From Candidatus Saccharimonadales bacterium (GTDB lineage: Bacteria; Patescibacteriota; Saccharimonadia; Saccharimonadales; JACQNP01): DNA of 56,338 bases. Shown here one piece after another: positions 17,366 to 26,577 of this stretch. The notes below the pieces were generated by a model. It searched no databases and was not told where the DNA came from. It was given only the letters and a program-made list of their open reading frames with translations. The DNA lies in the NCBI GenBank assembly GCA_038257245.1, contig JBBSJL010000004.1:1-56338 (forward strand), in the 5' to 3' direction. Both the position numbers and the translations under genes were made by a program. How positions within the stretch are numbered: the first letter of the stretch is position 1; every line of letters begins with the position of its first letter.

Positions 17366-17686
17366 TTAGTAGCGATTACCGCCACCACCACCGCCGCCGT
17401 AGCCACCGCCACCGCCGCCGCCACCACGTGGTCGTTCTTCGCGAGGTCGTGCTTCGTTTACTGTGATAGCACGTCCGTCAAGTTCTTTGCCGTTTAGTTC
17501 GTCGATAGCTTTTTTAGCTTCTTCGTCACTAGACATTTCAACAAATCCAAATCCTTTTGATCGACCAGAATCTCGGTCGGTGATTACTGATGCAGAAGCA
17601 ACAGTTCCAACTGCTGAGAAAAACTCATTCAATTGGTCGTCTGTTACGTTCCACGAAAGTGAACCTACAAATAGTTTAGTTGCCAT
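17366..17686 (-). CDS. RRM-type RNA-binding protein with a Gly-rich tail
   Basis: RNP-2 is LFVGSL and RNP-1 is KGFGFVEM. The C-terminal tail is GGGGGGGYGGGGGGNRY. Confidence 0.9.
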   Translation of the reverse strand: MATKLFVGSLSWNVTDDQLNEFFSAVGTVASASVITDRDSGRSKGFGFVEMSSDEEAKKAIDELNGKELDGRAITVNEARPREERPRGGGGGGGGYGGGGGGGNRY

Positions 17687-17893
17687 TAATATTAACTCCT
17701 TTTTCGCACTTGGAGGTAATCTGGCAATGCAGTTAGCTGCTCCTCTGTTCGCACGTTCTTATTTAATTTCTCTAGGTTTCACTAAATGTTACTCAGCAGC
17801 TTCTCTAGGTGCGCTTATTTTAACATATATAGTCCAAAAAAGTAAATAATTATGGTAAAATGTACATTACACAGTTAATTCTGTGGATATTAC

Positions 17894-18310
17894 GGGGCTG
17901 AATTTAAGCTCGACGTTGGACTTTATCAGTTAGAGAAGCAGGTCGCTTGCTGAGCGTTATACGGCAACTACGAATAAATGCAAAAACATTTACTCAGCGA
18001 ATAGCTAGTACTGTAGGTAACGGAGTTAACGCTCTTGTTGCTTCACTTAGTACTCCAGCTTTCGCAACAGCTGCGTAATTAATTTTATGTAGCCATGTTC
18101 TAGCGTGACACCAGATAGTGCTAGTCGTGTTATATTATCTGGATGCTCAGATTATGTGGCCCACATGGTCTGTTAAGATTTAGGGCAATCAGAACCTGCC
18201 TTTTGGTCATTGATCAGCAATGTTTTGATAAATTTAAATGACCTATGCCTGTAGATGCTCTAACAAAGATGAACTAGCGGACGCGGGGGCAGTACCCGCC
18301 AGCTCCACCA
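17894..18310 (+). ncRNA. ssrA: tmRNA (SsrA)
   Basis: The 5' GGGGCTGAATTTAAGCTCGACG pairs with the 3' CAGCTCC-ACCA, giving a G3:U70 pair. The T-arm is GCGGG-GGCAGTA-CCCGC. The tag frame ends ..STPAFATAA-TAA (stop at 18076-18078). A possible resume codon is GCA at 17980. Confidence 0.85.
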
Positions 18311-18321
18311 TAAGCATTATT

Positions 18322-18346
18322 ACCTCTGTTAATTCAGAGGTTTTTG
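18322..18346 (+). terminator. Rho-independent terminator of ssrA
   Basis: The hairpin is ACCTCTG-ttaatt-CAGAGGT followed by TTTTT. Confidence 0.7.
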
Positions 18347-18390
18347 TTTAGTTATGATAATATCCTGACTTTTAATATAATAAACTCCAG

Positions 18391-19155
18391 ATGGCATTAT
18401 CTGAAAAGGCATATAATGACTGCAATAAAATTTTTAGAAATTACACCAACCAGCAAGCAATTATGGTTGACGAAGTATCTAGGTTATTAAATTCGTCAAA
18501 AAATAAGCTAAAAAAAATTACTTCGTATGGTTGTGGTTTTGGAATGTTTGAACTACAGCTTATAGATTCACTCAACTATCAGATTAAAGTATTTCAAGGG
18601 ATTGATAGTAATAAAACAGCGATTTCTAAGCTAGCTAAAAATTTAAAAAACAATAATAAGATCGATGAAGTTAAGTTATTTGCTAAAGATATGACAACCA
18701 CTGACCCCAACTTAATTGAACATTCTGATTTAGGTTTGTTTATACACTCAATCTACTATTTGAAAAATTACCAAGAACTTGCCAAAACTTTGCGAAGTGC
18801 ACTTAAAGTGTGTGATAAGTTGATTTTTGCTGTAACGCCGCTAAATGAATTAAACATAGGCTTTGCCACAAGTTTAAGAGCAAGCGGCACAAGTAATGGT
18901 GTATTTTCAGATGATGTAGAACACCAACTTACGGATATGGGTATTAGCTACAACAAGATAGAGACTAGAGGCATAATAAGGATTCCCAGTGATATTAACG
19001 AACATGACATTAGGCATCTTGCTGCATTTATTTATCACGATGAAACATACTTGAGCCTAAATAGGGAAACTGTATTAAAGAAGATTTCCGAATTAAGTAG
19101 AATTAAAAATGATATTGAAATTGATCACCCAGTTATCTTGCTTATGATAAACTAA
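18391..19155 (+). CDS. Putative class I SAM-dependent methyltransferase
   Basis: ITSYGCGFGMFELQLI is a Gly-rich motif I-like segment. The gene is visibly AT-rich relative to its neighbours. Confidence 0.5.
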   Translation: MALSEKAYNDCNKIFRNYTNQQAIMVDEVSRLLNSSKNKLKKITSYGCGFGMFELQLIDSLNYQIKVFQGIDSNKTAISKLAKNLKNNNKIDEVKLFAKDMTTTDPNLIEHSDLGLFIHSIYYLKNYQELAKTLRSALKVCDKLIFAVTPLNELNIGFATSLRASGTSNGVFSDDVEHQLTDMGISYNKIETRGIIRIPSDINEHDIRHLAAFIYHDETYLSLNRETVLKKISELSRIKNDIEIDHPVILLMIN

Positions 19156-19160
19156 ATTTA

Positions 19161-19469
19161 ATGCCTGCAAATAGCTACCTCCATAAAAAGAGACGAAAAC
19201 AAATCAAAACCAAAAAAGAAATAGATCTTTTATGTTATTTTGGATCTGTATTTATGCCTTTGACTGCACTTCCGCAAATACATCTTTTATATACATCAAA
19301 GAACGCGGGTGGTTTATCGTTAGCTATGTGGATACTATACGGGCTTGGCGTAATTCCATTCCTACTATTTGGAGTAATGCACAAAGAAAAACAACTTGTT
19401 ATTTTGAATTTGTTATGGCTAGTAGTAGACATAACGATGATAACCGGAATCTTAATATATAAAAGCTAA
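19161..19469 (+). CDS. PQ-loop / SemiSWEET-like small transporter (3 TM)
   Basis: 102 aa. The PQ motif (PLTALPQIHLLYTSKNAGGLSL) is followed by WILYG. Three hydrophobic helices are present. Confidence 0.55.
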   Translation: MPANSYLHKKRRKQIKTKKEIDLLCYFGSVFMPLTALPQIHLLYTSKNAGGLSLAMWILYGLGVIPFLLFGVMHKEKQLVILNLLWLVVDITMITGILIYKS

Positions 19470-19551
19470 TAAGCTTTCGCGTTAGGTACAAGCATATTTA
19501 TCACTTATTACCGTAAAAAAACAAAACACAAAATTGCAATAAACGAATAAC

Positions 19552-20343
19552 ATGGTAAAATATAAGTATATGAATAAATTAGCTGAAGTAGCAAGGTCTA
19601 TGGAGTTGAGTTTGGCTGTGCACAGTCCTTCCGGGAGCGAGTCTTTAATAGATGACCGAAGAAGACAATTGGCTGCTTTGCCCAGTATTGTGGAACGACA
19701 CGTTGCCATGGGAATTGACGGTTTTGTTCAAGGCCATCCCAGACCAGCTAAAATGGCGCTGAATGGTTTGGCAAAAGCAATTGCAGGATTAACATATGTA
19801 GGAAATGGGGCCATGAGTTCGGTATATAAGGATCATGGTTCGGTATTGAAGGTCTACAGACATACTGCAACGATGGAAGATCGTCAGCGTGAAAAATTCA
19901 TGCATGAGCGAGATGATATGAGTAGAGACTTAAAGGGCGTAATGGGCGTAATGGTTGCCGGACAGACGTTTGGCATAGAAACACATCCATTTGGAACTTA
20001 TCCAGTAGTTGTTGCTAGACAGCCGTATATAAGTGGAGGTAGTTTAGATTTGGTTGCGTCAAATACCACATACGTTAATAAGCGTGAAATCGAAGCGTAT
20101 TGTGAACGACAGCCCGAAGGTTTGGATAGGCTTAAGAAACTCGTTGGATACATATTTGAGGCGGATGATGAAAGTGGCTTGGTGCCAGATATAAATGGAG
20201 TAGATAACTTTAGATTAACCGGCGAAGCAGAAGACATTGTTCTGATAGACGCAGAACCAATTAGTGCACAAGAACACCCTGCTGTTCATGACATGATATT
20301 ACACCAAGCAGATGCACTTGATTGGTTTTTACGAGTAGCGTAA
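19552..20343 (+). CDS. Hypothetical protein, possibly protein-kinase-like fold
   Basis: GNGAMSSVYKDHGSVLKVY resembles a Gly-loop plus Lys. VPDINGVDNFRL....IVLIDAEP resembles a catalytic D..N segment plus a DxG-like segment. This is weak, by-eye evidence only. Confidence 0.45.
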   Translation: MVKYKYMNKLAEVARSMELSLAVHSPSGSESLIDDRRRQLAALPSIVERHVAMGIDGFVQGHPRPAKMALNGLAKAIAGLTYVGNGAMSSVYKDHGSVLKVYRHTATMEDRQREKFMHERDDMSRDLKGVMGVMVAGQTFGIETHPFGTYPVVVARQPYISGGSLDLVASNTTYVNKREIEAYCERQPEGLDRLKKLVGYIFEADDESGLVPDINGVDNFRLTGEAEDIVLIDAEPISAQEHPAVHDMILHQADALDWFLRVA

Positions 20344-20392
20344 TCTGTGCGATTTGTCGTTCGCCCCGAAGTGTCTTACAATAAATTCATAG

Positions 20393-21028
20393 ATGCGAAA
20401 AGAAAAATTGATTGCTGGGGGGTTGGGAATAACCATGGTTGCCACAATGGTGGTGGTGGGATTTGTGATATGGAACGCCACTAAGACCGAACAAACCATA
20501 ACCCTAAACAATACTAATACCAGCAAAACTCCTAGCACATCTGGTGGTCTTTTGGATGTAGCCAACAATAATGGCATTGGTGGTGGAATTAGTGGGCAAG
20601 GCCAAAGCCTCGGTTCGGCGCCGTCAAGTCAAACAAATTCATCCAGTCAGAAACAAGAAGACTTTGCCCAGTACGATAAATACAAAGACAGTAAAAGTGC
20701 GTTGTTTGGCGAGATAAAAGCAGGTACAGGCCCAGAAGCAAAAGCCCAGAACACCGTAGGCATATATTACAAAGGTTATTTAACAAATGGACAGGTTTTT
20801 GATAATCAATGGCCGGGAAAACCAGGCGACAAGCCCAAACCATTTGAATTTCAGATCGGCACAGATAAGATAATTGCAGGTTTACAGCAAGGAATTGTCG
20901 GCATGAAAGTAGGCGGAATGCGCCGGATAATAATTCCACCAAGTGTTGGCTATGGCGAAAAGGGCCAGGGCGCAATCCCCCCAGACTCTGTACTTGTGAT
21001 GGACGTAGAACTACTATCAGTTAAATAA
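20393..21028 (+). CDS. FKBP-type peptidyl-prolyl cis-trans isomerase, membrane-anchored/secreted
   Basis: An N-terminal TM is followed by the FKBP domain YYKGYLTNGQVFDN..PFEFQIG..IIAGLQQGIVGMKVGGMRRIIIPPSVGYG. Confidence 0.85.
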   Translation: MRKEKLIAGGLGITMVATMVVVGFVIWNATKTEQTITLNNTNTSKTPSTSGGLLDVANNNGIGGGISGQGQSLGSAPSSQTNSSSQKQEDFAQYDKYKDSKSALFGEIKAGTGPEAKAQNTVGIYYKGYLTNGQVFDNQWPGKPGDKPKPFEFQIGTDKIIAGLQQGIVGMKVGGMRRIIIPPSVGYGEKGQGAIPPDSVLVMDVELLSVK

Positions 21029-21035
21029 ATTATTT

Positions 21036-22022
21036 TTATTTAGAAAAATTAATTCGTTTCTGATCGGCCTCGTCTTCGATTTCGTGGCCAATAATTTCTT
21101 CTACCAGATCCTCGATCGTTACTATACCGATTATCTTGCCTGATTTTTCTACAGGCATAAGGTGTGATTTTGCGCCAATGAACTTTCTGAACATGGTGTC
21201 CAGTGCGGTCATACTGCCAACTGCCTTAGTAGTATGTAGTTTAAAATCGCTAACAAGAACAGGGTTGTCGTCAAAGTTAACATCAACCAAATCCTTCATT
21301 AGGAGCACGCCCGAGCATTCAGTCAACGATTTGTTGATTACAGGTATTCGACTCCAATTTCTTAATTTGATTTCATCAAGCTTTGCTTCGTCAATTAGGG
21401 TATCAGGGGTTATCTTATAAACGGTTTTAATATCAGTCATAATTTCGTTAACCCGTTTTTTACTAAGTGATAGGGCGCCCCGCATAATTTCGGCTTCGTC
21501 GTCATCGATTTCACTAGCATGTTCACCGATATGTTCGTTTATTATTACGCCTAACTCTCTACGCGTATGAAGATGTAACTCTTCATCACCGAGAAGTTTA
21601 TCGAGAAGTAACTGAAGTGGTTTAGAAAATGGATAGGTAATTATTATCATTAGCTGTAATATTGGCTTCAACTTAGAACATATAGCTAGCGCTTTTCGGG
21701 CAAAAAACGCTTGAGGAATAATTTCTCCGAAAATTACAATCAGCAGAGTGCTAAGAAGCCCGGCCACCAATCCACTCATTTTACTACCAAGAACCAGTGC
21801 AGTAGTTGAATTGACGGCCACATTACTAAATAAAATAGCCGTTAGCGTTAGATGGGTATTTTCGCGGAACTTTATGACGCGTTTTGCCTGCTTGTTCCCG
21901 GCTTTAACCTTGCGCTTCAGAACCGTAACGTCTAAAGACATAAGAGCAACATTTAACCCAGAACAAATACCAGAAAGGCTAACCAGGATTATTATTTGAA
22001 TCAGTAAGAACAAAACGTCCAT
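21036..22022 (-). CDS. CNNM/DUF21 plus CBS-pair membrane protein (CorC/TlyC family)
   Basis: The N-terminal DUF21-type TM region contains FGEIIPQA. Two CBS-like segments follow, ending IIGIVTIEDLVEEIIGHEIEDE. Confidence 0.85.
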   Translation of the reverse strand: MDVLFLLIQIIILVSLSGICSGLNVALMSLDVTVLKRKVKAGNKQAKRVIKFRENTHLTLTAILFSNVAVNSTTALVLGSKMSGLVAGLLSTLLIVIFGEIIPQAFFARKALAICSKLKPILQLMIIITYPFSKPLQLLLDKLLGDEELHLHTRRELGVIINEHIGEHASEIDDDEAEIMRGALSLSKKRVNEIMTDIKTVYKITPDTLIDEAKLDEIKLRNWSRIPVINKSLTECSGVLLMKDLVDVNFDDNPVLVSDFKLHTTKAVGSMTALDTMFRKFIGAKSHLMPVEKSGKIIGIVTIEDLVEEIIGHEIEDEADQKRINFSK

Positions 22023-22119
22023 TTATTACGCACAATTGTAATTGTTATTGTGCTTTATGGCAACTTCTTTGAAATTATCCTTGACCCCATTGACACAGTG
22101 ACATAGTCTGAGGGCAGGT

Positions 22120-23394
22120 ATGATAAACAAGACTAAAGCAACAGCCAGCAAACTCTTAAACTTTGGCATTTTGAAGCGTAAACGTGATCTTACCGCCAAA
22201 GATGTCGAAAACGCCCGAAAACATATAGAGAATTACTGGGAGCATCTCATAAGATATAATCCAAAAGATGACGATAGTCTAATTGGATTACCTAAACCCT
22301 ACCTTGTACCCGCTTACGATAAAGGTCACGAATTTGATTTTAACGAAATGTATTACTGGGATACTTACTTTATGGTGCAGGGCAAGTTCGGGAAGAATAA
22401 TAAGCAAATTGTTATGGGTATGCTAGATAATTTAGTCTTTCTATTTAATAAGTACCGAATAATTCCCAATGCTTCTAGAACTTATCTGACAGGTAGATCT
22501 CAACCACCACTTTTAACTTCATTTATTTGGGAAGTCTACGACATATATGATCCAGGTATAAAATGGCTAAAAAGAATGATGAGTGTTGCAGAGGACGAAT
22601 ACCACACAGTATGGATGGGTAAGACTAAACCCAATGCCCGGCAGGTCTACCAGGGCTTGAGTAGAAATTACGATATAAATTATGTTGACGACCTAGCTGA
22701 AACCGAAAGCGGATGGGACATGACTACACGATTCAATCGCCATGCGCTTCAATACGTGCCGGTTGACTTAAATGCCTTGTTGTACAAGTACGAAAAAGAT
22801 CTCGAAAAGTTCTATACATTAATAGGCAACGCAAATATAGCCTCGGCATGGAAAACCACAGCTGAACATCGCAAAAAAGTTATGAATAAACTCATGTGGA
22901 GCAACTTAAAGGGGCTTTATTATGACTATAACTTTACAAAGGAAAAACGAGGCACAGTTAGTTCCTTAGCAACCTATTATCCGATGTGGGCCGGCATGGT
23001 TACAGATTCACAAGCAGCTGATCTAGTTAAGGCGCTTCGCAGGTTTGAGAACAAGGGCGGGCTGGCAACCACAGACACACCACCACTTAACCAATATGTT
23101 CCAGGGAAAGTTCCAACACAGTGGGCCTACCCGAATGGCTGGGCACCACTACACTTTTTGGTTATTCAGGGTTTGGAAAGATATGGTTACCATGATGATG
23201 CTAAACGTATTGCAATGAAATGGCTACGAACGAACCTGGCCTGGTACAACCGACATCATGTTTTTATAGAAAAATATAACGTTGTTACTCCTGAAAAACC
23301 GCCCGTCATAGGTCTATATCCTTCGCAGACCGGATTTGGTTGGACTAATGCGATTTTTGAACGACTTTGTAGAGATTATATTGATGAAAAATGA
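22120..23394 (+). CDS. Alpha,alpha-trehalase (GH37)
   Basis: YYWDTYF, GRSQPPLL, ESGWD and QWAYPNGWAPL match the trehalase signature QWD(Y/F)PN(G/A)W(P/A)P. Confidence 0.85.
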   Translation: MINKTKATASKLLNFGILKRKRDLTAKDVENARKHIENYWEHLIRYNPKDDDSLIGLPKPYLVPAYDKGHEFDFNEMYYWDTYFMVQGKFGKNNKQIVMGMLDNLVFLFNKYRIIPNASRTYLTGRSQPPLLTSFIWEVYDIYDPGIKWLKRMMSVAEDEYHTVWMGKTKPNARQVYQGLSRNYDINYVDDLAETESGWDMTTRFNRHALQYVPVDLNALLYKYEKDLEKFYTLIGNANIASAWKTTAEHRKKVMNKLMWSNLKGLYYDYNFTKEKRGTVSSLATYYPMWAGMVTDSQAADLVKALRRFENKGGLATTDTPPLNQYVPGKVPTQWAYPNGWAPLHFLVIQGLERYGYHDDAKRIAMKWLRTNLAWYNRHHVFIEKYNVVTPEKPPVIGLYPSQTGFGWTNAIFERLCRDYIDEK

Positions 23395-23548
23395 AGAAAC
23401 AGACGAAAAACCGTGTAAGGATAAATTAGTACTTGATAGCAAAAAAGAAGCCGAAAACATGGCAGTGGCTGTCGACTGGCAACGTGGCACACAACTAAAA
23501 GCCTACAAATGTCACCATTGCCATTTATGGCATCTATCTAGTAAATAG
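23384..23548 (+). CDS. Small hypothetical protein (54 aa) with a C-terminal YKCHHCHLWH motif
   Basis: The ATG overlaps the trehalase stop (ATGAAAAATGA). The CxxC...WH ending suggests a small zinc-ribbon-like protein. Confidence 0.4.
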   Translation: MKNEETDEKPCKDKLVLDSKKEAENMAVAVDWQRGTQLKAYKCHHCHLWHLSSK

Positions 23549-23671
23549 ATTTTGTAATATAATTAGAGGAATGAAGCGCTACAACCAAGCAGCTATGACT
23601 AATATGCCCATCTGGGCTTAATAACTCTTCTCTAATTTTTTATTGACTATTAAACAAGGTAAAGTATAGAT

Positions 23672-25102
23672 ATGAACTATTATGTAACAACATCAATTCC
23701 GTATGTAAATGGTGATCCTCATATCGGGTTTGGTATGGAGCTTGTACAGGCCGATGTCTTGGCACGAGCAGCAAGACGTAGAGAAATGAAGGTTATATTT
23801 GCGACTGGTTCGGACGAGCATGGCGGAAAAATTTCTGAAAAGGCTGAAGAGCTAGGCATTGACACTAAATTATTTGCGGATCAAATGAGCCAAAAGTTCC
23901 GTGATCTTGGCAGTTTATTGAACATCAGCAATGATAGATTTGTCAGAACAACTGACTCCGGACACGAGCAGCGAGCTCAACTTATTTGGAAGGCACTAGA
24001 AAAAGATATTTATAAAGGCAAGTATAGTGGCTGGTATTGTACTGGTTGTGAAGCCTATGTAACGGACGCAACTGCTAAAGAAAATAAAGGTATATGTCCA
24101 AATCACCAGAAACCATATGAACGAATAGAAGAAGAAAACTACTTTTTTAAGTTAAGTGCATATGCGGATCAGATAGAAAAAGCCATTAAAGAAGAAACAT
24201 TAAACATCATCCCAAAGCCTAGGCGAAACGAAGTTCTGGGAGTGCTTAAAGAAGGTCTAGAAGATATCAGTATTTCGCGTCCAAAAGATAAAATCACCTG
24301 GGGTATAACTGTTCCAGGCGACGATAAGCAAGTTATGTATGTGTGGTTCGAAGCACTTATGAACTATCTGACCGTTTTGGGATATCCTGAGCACCAAGAT
24401 TTCAAAGATTTTTGGCCAGCCAGCGTGCAAGTTGTCGGTAAAGATATTATTAGGTTTCATGCTGCTATATGGCCGGGTATGCTGTTGGCTCTCGGCTTAC
24501 CTCTGCCTAGCATTCTATATGTACATGGTTTCATAACAATCACTGGTCAAAAAATTAGTAAAAGTACCGGATTAGTTGTTCATCCGAAAGAAATAGTCGA
24601 TAAATATAGCGCTGACGTATTTCGTTATTATTTCTTAAGACATATTCCTTCGGCAGGTGATGGCGATTTTAGCTGGGAAAAGTTAGAAGAAGCCTACAAT
24701 AATGAATTGGCAAATGAGCTTGGTAACTGCGTTCAGCGTACATCCGCTATGATTCAGCAATATCAAAATGGAATCATCGGTAATATTACAGAAGCAACGC
24801 ATGATGTAGCTCAATACTGGGATGCAATAGATAATTGTAAGTTCGATAAAGCCTTGGACATAGTTTGGGAGCAAGTCAGAGGACTAAATCAATACATAGA
24901 CGAAACTAAACCTTGGACTATTAACAAACAGGGCGATATGGATCATCTTCGTGAAGTTTTAGCATACCAGGTTACATGTCTTCTTGAAGTCGCAGATTTA
25001 TTGGAACCATTTATGCCTGAAACCTCAACCAAGATTAGACACGTATTCGAAGAAGGCGTAGTGCGTTCTATAGAAGGCACACTATTCCCTAGATTGGCTT
25101 AA
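23672..25102 (+). CDS. metG: Methionyl-tRNA synthetase (short form, 476 aa)
   Basis: The HIGH motif lies in PYVNGDPHIGF. The KMSKS equivalent is KISKSTG. The Cys knuckle is CTGCEAY...GICPNH. Confidence 0.9.
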   Translation: MNYYVTTSIPYVNGDPHIGFGMELVQADVLARAARRREMKVIFATGSDEHGGKISEKAEELGIDTKLFADQMSQKFRDLGSLLNISNDRFVRTTDSGHEQRAQLIWKALEKDIYKGKYSGWYCTGCEAYVTDATAKENKGICPNHQKPYERIEEENYFFKLSAYADQIEKAIKEETLNIIPKPRRNEVLGVLKEGLEDISISRPKDKITWGITVPGDDKQVMYVWFEALMNYLTVLGYPEHQDFKDFWPASVQVVGKDIIRFHAAIWPGMLLALGLPLPSILYVHGFITITGQKISKSTGLVVHPKEIVDKYSADVFRYYFLRHIPSAGDGDFSWEKLEEAYNNELANELGNCVQRTSAMIQQYQNGIIGNITEATHDVAQYWDAIDNCKFDKALDIVWEQVRGLNQYIDETKPWTINKQGDMDHLREVLAYQVTCLLEVADLLEPFMPETSTKIRHVFEEGVVRSIEGTLFPRLA

Positions 25103-25104
25103 TC

Positions 25105-25869
25105 ATGTTAGTTGATACTCATTGCCATGTTCATTTTGAAGACTATAAACTTGACCCTCATGAAGTGGTTCAAGATGCTGTCATTGCTGGAGTGGCCAAA
25201 ATGATCTGTGTGGGTTGCACAGTCGAGGACAGTGAAAAAGGGATTGAGTTTGTGCAAAACAAGGATGGCTGCTGGGCAAGCATTGGGCTTCATCCTCACG
25301 AAGGTGCCGTCTATGCTGATAACAAAGATGCACTAGATAGGTTTGCAGGTTTGGTCACAAAACCAAAAGTGGTCGCTATAGGTGAAACAGGACTAGATTA
25401 CTACTACAATCACTCGCCCAAACACCATCAAATAGCAATATTGGAGTTTCAGTTGGAGTTAGCTAGAAAGCATGATTTGCCAGTTATTTTTCATGTCCGC
25501 GAAGCGTTTGATGACTTTTGGCCAATCGTGGACAATTTCAAGAGTGTAAGAGGGGTAGTTCATAGTTTTACGGCTAATGTCAAAGAACTGGAGAATATAC
25601 TTTCTCGCGGACTGCACGTCGGTCTAAATGGTATAATTACCTTCACAAAAGACGCAGATCAGTTAGAAATGGCCAAACAAGTACCGTTAGAAAAATTACT
25701 GCTAGAAACCGATGCTCCATTCTTGACTCCTAACCCCTTTCGTGGTACAATCTGTCAGCCTAAGCATGTGGTTGTTACGGCGGAGTTTTTAGCAAACTTG
25801 AGAGGAGAATCTTTCGAGCAGCTTTCTGCGGCTACAACCAATAATGCCGAGCAATTGTTTAATATCTAA
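25105..25869 (+). CDS. tatD: TatD-family metal-dependent hydrolase/DNase
   Basis: LVDTHCHV, IGETGLDYYY, IFHVREA and ETDAPFLTP fit TatD. Confidence 0.9.
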   Translation: MLVDTHCHVHFEDYKLDPHEVVQDAVIAGVAKMICVGCTVEDSEKGIEFVQNKDGCWASIGLHPHEGAVYADNKDALDRFAGLVTKPKVVAIGETGLDYYYNHSPKHHQIAILEFQLELARKHDLPVIFHVREAFDDFWPIVDNFKSVRGVVHSFTANVKELENILSRGLHVGLNGIITFTKDADQLEMAKQVPLEKLLLETDAPFLTPNPFRGTICQPKHVVVTAEFLANLRGESFEQLSAATTNNAEQLFNI

Positions 25870-25883
25870 AACACAAGGAATAC

Positions 25884-26180
25884 ATGGATCAACAAGCAGA
25901 AAGACTACATTTATCATCTGAAACACTTGGAGTTGCCCAAAATCGTATTGCAAGACTAAGGCAAGCCGAATCGGCTCTTCGAGGCATTAAGGTTGATATT
26001 CATGGAGTCGTACCAGAGGCAACGGCTGTCCATACAGCTGAATCTTACAGTAACGTTGTTCCAATAAATTCAAGCCTACAAACTGATACTCAACCCGAAT
26101 TAGGTGTATTACGTAATGATAGCGTGCAAGCGGCCCAAGATGCCGTTGCAGCCGCTCATGCTTATGGAGATGCAGCTTAA
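25884..26180 (+). CDS. Hypothetical protein (98 aa)
   Basis: The ORF fills the gap and its stop overlaps the next start (TAATG). No motif is recognised. Confidence 0.5.
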   Translation: MDQQAERLHLSSETLGVAQNRIARLRQAESALRGIKVDIHGVVPEATAVHTAESYSNVVPINSSLQTDTQPELGVLRNDSVQAAQDAVAAAHAYGDAA

Positions 26181-26548
26181 TGATCAAGAAATTTATGACT
26201 AACTACGCTGCTCAGAAGGCCGAAGAGCGCAAATTAGAGCTTGAACGACAGTTAATTCGTCATGAGGCGAAAATCGGTGGTCAAGTCTTTGGTGAAGTAC
26301 CAAATGGACACCGCCGCGAATTCTTTTGCTTAGACGAGCACTCTTGGGTATGGCATGAAGAGTGGGTAGATCATAGTGGCAATAACTTGTCTATGACTAC
26401 AAGGTATGATGTTCGACCTAGTGGTTTGATAAAAGTTCAAAACGGCCAATATCGACCAGTATCAGATGAAGAAACAAAAAGATTCAAAATTGCCACCGAG
26501 CGTTATTTCAAACGAGTTTACAACGAAATTTACGCTGGCGTTGTTTAG
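26180..26548 (+). CDS. Hypothetical protein (122 aa)
   Basis: It is translationally coupled to the upstream ORF. No motif is recognised. Confidence 0.55.
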   Translation: MIKKFMTNYAAQKAEERKLELERQLIRHEAKIGGQVFGEVPNGHRREFFCLDEHSWVWHEEWVDHSGNNLSMTTRYDVRPSGLIKVQNGQYRPVSDEETKRFKIATERYFKRVYNEIYAGVV

Positions 26549-26577
26549 TAAGTTTGTCATTAGGATAGAATAAATCT

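Noticed and set aside
17375-17440. The GC-rich simple-sequence tract (ccgccaccaccaccgccgccg...) considered as a phase-variable SSR or non-coding repeat.
   Set aside because: It is in frame and encodes the Gly-rich C-terminal tail of the RRM protein, a normal feature of this family.
18311-20392. A classical integrated island at ssrA, with an integrase and a duplicated ssrA 3' end.
   Set aside because: No integrase or recombinase ORF is present. I found no second copy of the CCCGCCAGCTCCACCA end downstream. Only the compositional islet is reported, as a lower-confidence finding.
23571-23621. A 16-codon Met-rich upstream ORF (MKRYNQAAMTNMPIWA) lies before metG, raising the idea of a Met-sensing leader peptide or attenuator.
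   Set aside because: The SD abuts the ATG with no spacing. The following GCCC-N4-GGGC hairpin is weak and has no adjacent T-tract. The most plausible metG promoter elements lie downstream of it, so it would not be part of the metG transcript.
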